Below are positions 1-4,073 of a DNA stretch of 4,073 bases, in pieces. This stretch comes from a virus (lineage: Duplodnaviria > Heunggongvirae > Uroviricota > Caudoviricetes): IMG/VR virus record IMGVR_UViG_2737471819_000015; one strand, 5' to 3'. Below the pieces are notes generated by a model, which saw only the letters and a program-made list of their open reading frames with translations, was not told the origin of the DNA and ran no database searches. A program made the translations under genes and the position numbers. Within the stretch, counting starts at the first letter, position 1. Each line of letters begins with the position of its first letter.

Positions 1-278
1 TCATTCACCGCCTTCTGCAGTACTTCCGGATCGTAGTCACGACCGTCACGCGGAACAGGGATATGGCTTACCGCCTCCTTCACCATCTGCTCAAGCATCG
101 GACGCACATCATCGCCCGTCACGCACTTCTGTAATACCACAGACAGGGAAGCCAGTTTTTCTTCAAACGTTTGTGCCTGCGCGGCTATTTTCCCCTCAAA
201 TGTGCGCTGTAAATCCGCCAGCACTGCGGAAAATTCTTCACCCAGCGCACGGATAATGGACAGTTCACGTTCATTCAT
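1..278 (-). CDS. Hypothetical phage protein, N-terminal fragment (first 92 codons; continues beyond the window start)
   Basis: ATG at 276..278 overlaps the portal stop (ATGA arrangement). Translation MNERELSIIRALGEEFSAVLADLQRTFEGKIAAQAQTFEEKLASLSVVLQKCVTGDDVRPMLEQMVKEAVSHIPVPRDGRDYDPEVLQKAVN... The frame stays open to the window edge. GGGGGA lies 10 nt upstream of the ATG. Identity not recognised; by position it could be a minor head / head-morphogenesis or adaptor protein. Confidence 0.55.
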   Translation of the reverse strand, partial: MNERELSIIRALGEEFSAVLADLQRTFEGKIAAQAQTFEEKLASLSVVLQKCVTGDDVRPMLEQMVKEAVSHIPVPRDGRDYDPEVLQKAVN

Positions 279-1639
279 TTTTTCAGAATCCCCCTGAACA
301 TCGCCTTCACCGCATCATGCTCTGTTTCGCTTATGGCCTTATTACCGTCAGACGCGCCCTCCTGGCGTGTGCCTGACGACGTTTTCCCGGAAGACGCGAA
401 CGGATCCTCACGGGCATCACGACGGGACAGCGCCTCCAGACTGTAGTTCTGCTGCTGAAGATACAGTGCATCACCGCCGGCAAGGGGCGGCAGGTTCTCA
501 CGTTTACGGGCCTCATTGGGCGTGAGAAGCGTATTTTTCACCGATTCACCCAGCGTTTTCATGCGACGTTCGCTGTCCATTCTCAGCAGCGTGGTGACGT
601 CAAACTCCGTGCTCTCGTTTTCCCCTGTTTCCAGCGCCTCATCCAGTAACAGCTCAATGGACTCAATCAGCGTCTGCAGACACTGGGAATAATACTGCTG
701 CTCCAGCGCCTCCACGTTGTCACTGGAAGGCGGCTGGCCAACGCCAATCTTGTAGGCCGGGACACGGAACACCGAACAGACAATTTCAGCCGTCATCTTC
801 AGTTGTTCCACCGTCTGCGCATCCACCGGTGAAAACGTCGTGGGGTTATATTTCGCCCCGTTGCTCAGGATCGCCGTTTTCCCCGCATTTTCGCCGGTAT
901 ACCCGCTGTCCCAGTTGCTCTTCAGTTTTTTCGCATTTTCTTCCGTTATACTGCCGGGGATCTCAATCACCCCGGACGGCCTGCCGCCATTTCTGAAAAA
1001 AGACGTTGAATTTGCCTGAATATGATGCCCCTGCGTGGCCGCCAGCCCGGCAGCATACACCGGCGGCAGCCCCACAAGCGGATGAAAAAAACAGTTAAAC
1101 CGGTCGTGGATCACTTCCCTGGCAGGCACCGTCACCGCCTCCGTGATCCCGCAGTTCCGGTCCGGCGTGATGCGGTAGAACACCTCGCCGTCATCCGCCA
1201 CCAGAGGTTCAACCCGGCTCCAGTCCAGAATACGCAGTTCTTTGATCTGCCCCCGGGAGTTACGGATTTTCAGCACCACCGTATTGCCGTGACGCAGTTT
1301 GGCGTTCAGCCACAGTTCAAAAAACTGGATGCGGTTCTGCTGTGCATTGGGACGACGACAGAGGCGGGCAATATCCCCCCGGCGCGTTTCCCTGCGTATC
1401 CCCTGCGCATCCGTCTGCATAAGACGCAGCCGCATTTTGGCGATATCCTGGGATATCAGCGAAATACATGCAAACACCGCATGAAAGGAGAGGACGGCTT
1501 CAGGATCGGCTTTCACGCCCTGCTGCCAGGCGCCGGCAAAGGGCTCAGCCACCGCCTGAAACAGGCTGGTCCAGCCCGCCTCTCTTACGTCACGTCCTGA
1601 TTTCTGGTTTTTTCGGGTTCGCCGTAAAAGGTTCCACAT
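275..1639 (-). CDS. Phage portal protein, HK97 family (454 aa)
   Basis: The full-length frame carries the motif series I associate with HK97-type portal proteins: AVFACISLISQDIAKMRLRL, RPNAQQNRIQFFELWLNAKLRHGNTVV, FFRNGGRPSGVIEIPG, NWDSGYTGENAGKTAILSNGAKY, DAQTVEQLKMTAEIVCSVFRVPAYKIGV, TLLTPNEARKRENLPPL. Start ATG at 1639 with GGAG 8 nt upstream; stop TGA at 275..277. Confidence 0.85.
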   Translation of the reverse strand: MWNLLRRTRKNQKSGRDVREAGWTSLFQAVAEPFAGAWQQGVKADPEAVLSFHAVFACISLISQDIAKMRLRLMQTDAQGIRRETRRGDIARLCRRPNAQQNRIQFFELWLNAKLRHGNTVVLKIRNSRGQIKELRILDWSRVEPLVADDGEVFYRITPDRNCGITEAVTVPAREVIHDRFNCFFHPLVGLPPVYAAGLAATQGHHIQANSTSFFRNGGRPSGVIEIPGSITEENAKKLKSNWDSGYTGENAGKTAILSNGAKYNPTTFSPVDAQTVEQLKMTAEIVCSVFRVPAYKIGVGQPPSSDNVEALEQQYYSQCLQTLIESIELLLDEALETGENESTEFDVTTLLRMDSERRMKTLGESVKNTLLTPNEARKRENLPPLAGGDALYLQQQNYSLEALSRRDAREDPFASSGKTSSGTRQEGASDGNKAISETEHDAVKAMFRGILKK

Positions 1640-1806
1640 TCGCCATGCTCCGCATCACGTTTCTTTTTCTGACCTGCCGGACGTCGCACCGTGATGTACT
1701 CCGCCTTTCCCAGGCGAACCAGCACCTCCGCACACGGCTGTGCCACATCACGGATATCCCCGGCCCGGGCATCATGCGTGCCCTGCAGATATCGGATCTT
1801 TGCCAT
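1585..1806 (-). CDS. Hypothetical small protein (73 aa), uncertain gene; overlaps the portal start by 55 nt in another frame
   Basis: ATG at 1804..1806; translation MAKIRYLQGTHDARAGDIRDVAQPCAEVLVRLGKAEYITVRRPAGQKKKRDAEHGECGTFYGEPEKTRNQDVT. Codon choice looks gene-like (CTG, CAG, ATC, GAT, GCG), unlike the Arg/Trp/Cys-rich third frame. A consensus SD (AAGGAGG, 1837..1843) lies upstream but is separated from the ATG by the 22-nt hairpin plus 8 nt. No homology is recognised. Confidence 0.3.
   Translation of the reverse strand: MAKIRYLQGTHDARAGDIRDVAQPCAEVLVRLGKAEYITVRRPAGQKKKRDAEHGECGTFYGEPEKTRNQDVT
1640..1651 (-). promoter_or_regulatory. Ribosome-binding site of the portal gene (GGAG, 8-nt spacer, ATG)
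   Basis: Minus strand reads GGAGcatggcgaATG; GGAG at 1648..1651, ATG at 1637..1639. Confidence 0.5.
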
Positions 1807-1814
1807 AACCTGTT

Positions 1815-1836
1815 ACGGGAGGCACACGCCTCCCGT
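1815..1836 (-). other. Perfect 9-bp GC-rich inverted repeat (stem-loop) immediately downstream of the capsid stop codon
   Basis: Plus 1815..1823 acgggaggc and 1828..1836 gcctcccgt are exact reverse complements separated by a 4-nt loop (acac). On the mRNA strand it reads ACGGGAGGC-GUGU-GCCUCCCGU. No U-tract follows on either strand, so it is not a classical intrinsic terminator. Confidence 0.6.
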
Positions 1837-1850
1837 CCTCCTTATCAGAC

Positions 1851-3212
1851 TCAGCCGCCGGACGCACTGCCATAGTTCACTCCGGTGATCACCGCCACCG
1901 CCGCGGTACGGCGACGACGCCAGTTGATCCAGCGCTCCGCACGGATGGCCACGCTGCCTGTCTGGAACATGGAAACCAGCTCCACCGGCGACGGCGTGGT
2001 ACTGTCGCCGGTCGGCTCAGACTGCATTTCCAGTGATGCCTCGCGGGACATATCCACTGCCACGCCGCCGTCATCCGCCAGATAAATATCCGGGGCATTC
2101 ACCAGCACCAGCTGGTCACCCACGTACTGGGAGACAATCACCGGCAGCCCCTGGAAGGAGCCACCCAGCAGGGTCATGTCCGGGTATTCTTTCTGACCCA
2201 GCGCATTTTTACGCATGGACAGCGCCAGAGCATTGGTGCTGGACATCAGCCAGACCGCACCGGTGGGCTGCAGGTTTGCTGCAACAAACTGTCCAAACGC
2301 CGCCTCTGCATCCGCATCCGGGTTACCGCTTGAGGCCGTGCCCTTCACATCATGGGTGATGGACGCCGGGGAGACATCTGCCACCGCCGCTTTTTTCGGG
2401 TCCACAAAGTCTGTATCCAGACGCGCCACCACCGCTTCCGCCAGCGCATTACGGACCAGTGCATCAGCAGCCGGACTGGAAAAACGGATCAATTCTTCCG
2501 TCAGTACCGCAATGGCCGACACCTTCGCATGACTGAAGGTGATGGATTCAAAATCAAACTTCGTCAGGGGTTTTGCCTTACCCTCACCCACCCAGCCGGC
2601 AGCACCGCCCGACACCTGGGCGTGCACACGGATATTGAACGGCACCTGACGAAGTGCAGGGATCCCGCCCTGACCAAATCGCCCGATAATGGTCTGAGGA
2701 CGCAGGTAATCAATAAAGTCCTGTGCGTATTCCTGATATTCAGACAGGCTGCCTGCCCACTGCGGATCCGTGGTGGTCCCCGCGCCCACTGCCGATTTCA
2801 GGACATGATGCAGACGACTGTCATCCGGATACTGACGACGGGCCACTTCCAGGGCTTCAGAGCGGACACCTTTAGCCGCAGCCAGCGATTTGGCAAAACG
2901 TGCGAAACCAATCCCCTTATCCAGTTTCTGCTCCACACGGATCACAGGCGCAGAAGCCACCGCGGCCACATTCCCGTTACCGGCCTGTTTCACCGGCTGC
3001 GCCGTGGCGGCCTTACCGGCTTCCAGTTCACGCAGGCGCTTCAGGTGCGCATCCACCTGACGTATTTCCGCTGCGGTGTTGTCGTAATGCTCTTCCTCCT
3101 CCACATCCAGCGTGCGCCCTTCCTCTGCGGCTTTGGTCATGACCTCCTCAAGGGAGGCTGCCAGTGCTGCACGCTTGTTTTCAAAACTTTTAATCTGTTC
3201 GCCAATATTCAT
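1851..3212 (-). other. Major capsid protein unit with N-terminal delta/scaffold-like segment (residues 193-645 of the fusion ORF), beginning at internal Met193
   Basis: The in-frame ATG at 3210..3212 opens a segment (MNIGEQIKSFENKRAAL...) that resembles the N-terminus of stand-alone HK97-type capsid proteins with a delta domain. It is preceded by AAGGA (3223..3227) with a 10-nt spacer. Confidence 0.5.
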
Positions 3213-3788
3213 TATGGTCTTTTCCTTATGAAAAACGGTTGTTGACTGTGCCGCAGCGCCGGCAGAAGATGCGATTTTCACCACCGGTTTCCGGTTGCCG
3301 GACGCGGCAGAAAACTGGCGGTCGTAAGATTTAATGGTCCGGATGGTGCATTCCGCATTCGCGGGCACGGTGACGGCAGACACCTCCATCAGCTCCCAGC
3401 GCAGAAAATGCAGTCCGCCTCCGTCCAGAAAGGTGTATTCATGAGGACGGAAGCCCACGGACAGCCCCCTGACCAGCCCGGTCTTAATGGCCGCCCAGGC
3501 CTCATCCAGCCTGGCAGCCAGTTGCGATGGCATATCCGGCACGGGCTTCGCCAGTGTTGCCGTGATTTCCAGCCCTTCGCTGACCCGGCGCACCGTACAC
3601 TGCCCCACCGGGCGGGAATGGTCATGCTGCCAGAGAAACGGGATCGCACTGCCAAACTCCGCGCCCTCCGGCTCCAGGATGTCACCATCCCGATCCGGAG
3701 AAGGCGTTGACGCAATCCCGGTGATCACCCGCTCATCCTCACTGAAGGATTTCACCGTCAGCAGGGAGCAGGCCCGTTTAAGAGTCAC
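1851..3788 (-). CDS. Fused prohead serine protease / delta(scaffold)-like coiled coil / HK97-fold major capsid protein (645 aa)
   Basis: Single uninterrupted frame. Residues ~20-155 carry prohead-protease (HK97 gp4-type) hallmarks: IPFLWQHDHSRPVG (His-containing motif), RGLSVGF (candidate nucleophile Ser110) and LMEVSAVTVPANAECTI. Residues ~193-300 are charged and coiled-coil-like (MNIGEQIKSFENKRAALAASLEEVMTKAAEEGRTLDVEEEEHYD...LKRLRELEAG). Residues ~300-645 look like an HK97-family capsid protein (WVGEGKAKPLTKFDFESITFSHAKVSAIAVLTEELIRFS...; C-terminal SVAIRAERWINWRRRRTAAVAVITGV). Strong SD plus GTG start; TGA stop at 1851..1853 followed in frame by further TGA and TAA stops. Confidence 0.85.
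   Translation of the reverse strand: MTLKRACSLLTVKSFSEDERVITGIASTPSPDRDGDILEPEGAEFGSAIPFLWQHDHSRPVGQCTVRRVSEGLEITATLAKPVPDMPSQLAARLDEAWAAIKTGLVRGLSVGFRPHEYTFLDGGGLHFLRWELMEVSAVTVPANAECTIRTIKSYDRQFSAASGNRKPVVKIASSAGAAAQSTTVFHKEKTIMNIGEQIKSFENKRAALAASLEEVMTKAAEEGRTLDVEEEEHYDNTAAEIRQVDAHLKRLRELEAGKAATAQPVKQAGNGNVAAVASAPVIRVEQKLDKGIGFARFAKSLAAAKGVRSEALEVARRQYPDDSRLHHVLKSAVGAGTTTDPQWAGSLSEYQEYAQDFIDYLRPQTIIGRFGQGGIPALRQVPFNIRVHAQVSGGAAGWVGEGKAKPLTKFDFESITFSHAKVSAIAVLTEELIRFSSPAADALVRNALAEAVVARLDTDFVDPKKAAVADVSPASITHDVKGTASSGNPDADAEAAFGQFVAANLQPTGAVWLMSSTNALALSMRKNALGQKEYPDMTLLGGSFQGLPVIVSQYVGDQLVLVNAPDIYLADDGGVAVDMSREASLEMQSEPTGDSTTPSPVELVSMFQTGSVAIRAERWINWRRRRTAAVAVITGVNYGSASGG
3324..3731 (-). 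other. Prohead protease domain within the fusion ORF (approx. residues 20-155)
   Basis: Candidate catalytic His in W53-Q54-H55-D56-H57 (codons at 3618..3632) and candidate catalytic Ser110 in GLSVGF (codon 3459..3461); codons were checked directly against the sequence. Domain limits are approximate. Confidence 0.7.
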
Positions 3789-3799
3789 ATCAGCCTCCT
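3789..3799 (-). promoter_or_regulatory. Ribosome-binding site of the capsid/protease gene (AGGAGG, 5-nt spacer, GTG start)
   Basis: Minus strand reads cAGGAGGctgatGTG: a consensus Shine-Dalgarno at 3794..3799, 5-nt spacer, GTG at 3786..3788. The ATG at 3788..3790 is out of frame and is followed at once by TGA, so GTG is the only usable start for the 645-aa frame. Confidence 0.6.
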
Positions 3800-3800
3800 G

Positions 3801-3825
3801 AAAATAAAAAAACCGCCGCAGCGGT
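3801..3825 (-). terminator. Terminator-like element on the coding strand between terL and the capsid gene: 5-bp GC-rich stem with tetraloop followed by a U-tract
   Basis: Minus-strand RNA would read ACCGC-UGCG-GCGGU (plus 3812..3825; the arms are exact reverse complements) followed directly by UUUUUUAUUUU (plus 3801..3811). The stem is short, so strength is uncertain; the tract could equally be an A/U-rich translational enhancer in front of the capsid ribosome-binding site. Confidence 0.35.
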
Positions 3826-3851
3826 CCATGATGGTTACAGGGTGAACAGGG

Positions 3852-4073
3852 TTATATGAAAAAAACCGCATATTCTTTCTTTTTCGGCTCCGGATTCAGG
3901 GACATCAGGGATACCGCATTGAAGAGCGCCATCAGCGGGTCAATTTTCCCCCGTCCGCTGGCCTGTTTGGTAATAAGGATGGCGTTACCTTTCGGCTCCA
4001 CCCGGGCATTGCCAACGCACCAGGCCATCAGTGGCTGACCACCATGCACCAGCACTCCCTCAGCCAGTTTGCG
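3852..4073 (-). CDS. terL: Phage terminase large subunit, C-terminal fragment (5' end lies beyond the window edge)
   Basis: The minus-strand frame is open from the window edge (codon phase fits exactly at 4073) to a TAA stop at 3852..3854. Translation is RKLAEGVLVHGGQPLMAWCVGNARVEPKGNAILITKQASGRGKIDPLMALFNAVSLMSLNPEPKKKEYAVFFI. The pattern ...W..GN.....GN....K.....KID...AL..A.. is what I recall for the C-terminal end of HK97/lambda-type large terminases (memory of the family, not a search). The 'M' in the ORF track at 4055 is a GTG and is not the true start. Confidence 0.65.
   Translation of the reverse strand, partial: RKLAEGVLVHGGQPLMAWCVGNARVEPKGNAILITKQASGRGKIDPLMALFNAVSLMSLNPEPKKKEYAVFFI

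Noticed and set aside
1022-1600. Plus-strand ORF of 192 aa antisense to the portal gene
   Set aside because: Lies wholly inside the strongly supported minus-strand portal gene and is Arg/His/Pro-rich with low complexity, as expected for the antisense frame of a GC-rich gene. No ribosome-binding site or recognisable motif.
1661-1670. A-rich slippery-like tract (mRNA CAG AAA AAG AAA) in the 73-aa ORF just upstream of the portal start, considered as a -1 frameshift site joining the small ORF to portal
   Set aside because: A -1 shift enters the portal frame but meets a TGA after three codons, upstream of the portal ATG. The other shifted frame terminates at 1590. No frameshift fusion product is possible.
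1590-1775. Minus-strand 61-aa ORF in the third frame of the spacer (and similar nested minus-strand ORFs at 331..516, 1889..2098 and 3389..3715)
   Set aside because: Arg/Trp/Cys-rich translations, no ribosome-binding site, and nested in or overlapping well-supported genes in alternative frames. They are typical GC-rich open-frame noise.
1640-1850. Search for a sigma-70-type promoter (TTGACA, 17 bp, TATAAT) in the capsid-portal spacer and in the terL-capsid junction (3789..3851)
   Set aside because: No convincing -35/-10 pair was found by eye on the minus strand. Late phage genes are usually transcribed from a distant activator- or antiterminator-dependent promoter, so absence is expected.
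1468-1888. Plus-strand ORFs (135 aa at 1468..1875, 65 aa at 1691..1888) spanning the capsid-portal spacer
   Set aside because: Arg-rich, low-complexity, no ribosome-binding site, and opposite in orientation to every supported gene. Probably spurious, though this cannot be excluded without expression data.
3138-3147. GAGGAGG followed by in-frame ATG (Met217) inside the capsid ORF as an internal start
   Set aside because: Spacing from the GGAGG core to the ATG is only 2 nt, and the motif is explained by the Glu-Glu-Val codons. Met193 is the better internal-start candidate, so this is only mentioned within that finding.
2352-3245. Plus-strand ORF of 297 aa antisense to the capsid/protease gene, plus the smaller plus-strand ORFs at 1885..2085, 2033..2359, 2215..2532 and 2900..3142
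   Set aside because: All lie inside the capsid fusion gene on the opposite strand with Arg/His/Cys/Pro-rich junk-like translations. They look like antisense shadow ORFs.
3788-3790. ATG at the annotated start of the capsid gene
   Set aside because: It is out of frame with the long ORF and is followed immediately by TGA. The in-frame start is the overlapping GTG at 3786..3788.
1-4073. CRISPR repeats, tRNA or other structured RNA genes, insertion-sequence ends, integrase or defence-system genes
   Set aside because: No regularly spaced direct repeats, no tRNA-like cloverleaf candidates and no transposase or integrase-like ORFs were seen. The window is almost fully occupied by the three or four head-module genes.

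Overview
All credible coding capacity in this window is on the minus strand and forms one contiguous piece of a tailed-phage (HK97-fold) packaging and head-morphogenesis module. Read in the direction of transcription (high to low coordinates): the last 73 codons of a terminase large-subunit gene (3852..4073, cut by the window edge); a 645-aa single ORF fusing a prohead serine protease domain, a coiled-coil delta/scaffold-like segment and an HK97-type major capsid protein (1851..3788, GTG start behind a strong AGGAGG Shine-Dalgarno); a 211-bp spacer with a perfect 9-bp GC hairpin and a possible 73-aa small ORF; a 454-aa portal protein gene (275..1639); and the first 92 codons of a further gene (1..278) whose ATG overlaps the portal stop codon. 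I see no tRNA/rRNA, CRISPR array, transposase or recognisable defence or toxin genes. The points worth a second look are the protease-capsid fusion with a candidate internal in-frame start, the non-canonical gene order (terminase, then capsid, then portal), and two structured intergenic RNA elements. From 4 kb I cannot tell whether this is a prophage, a capsid-encoding satellite or a domesticated particle locus, and I do not claim a novel system. The sequence is visibly GC-rich with G/C-ending codons, compatible with an enterobacterial-type host, but that is a weak impression. All plus-strand ORFs in the track look like antisense shadows of the minus-strand genes.
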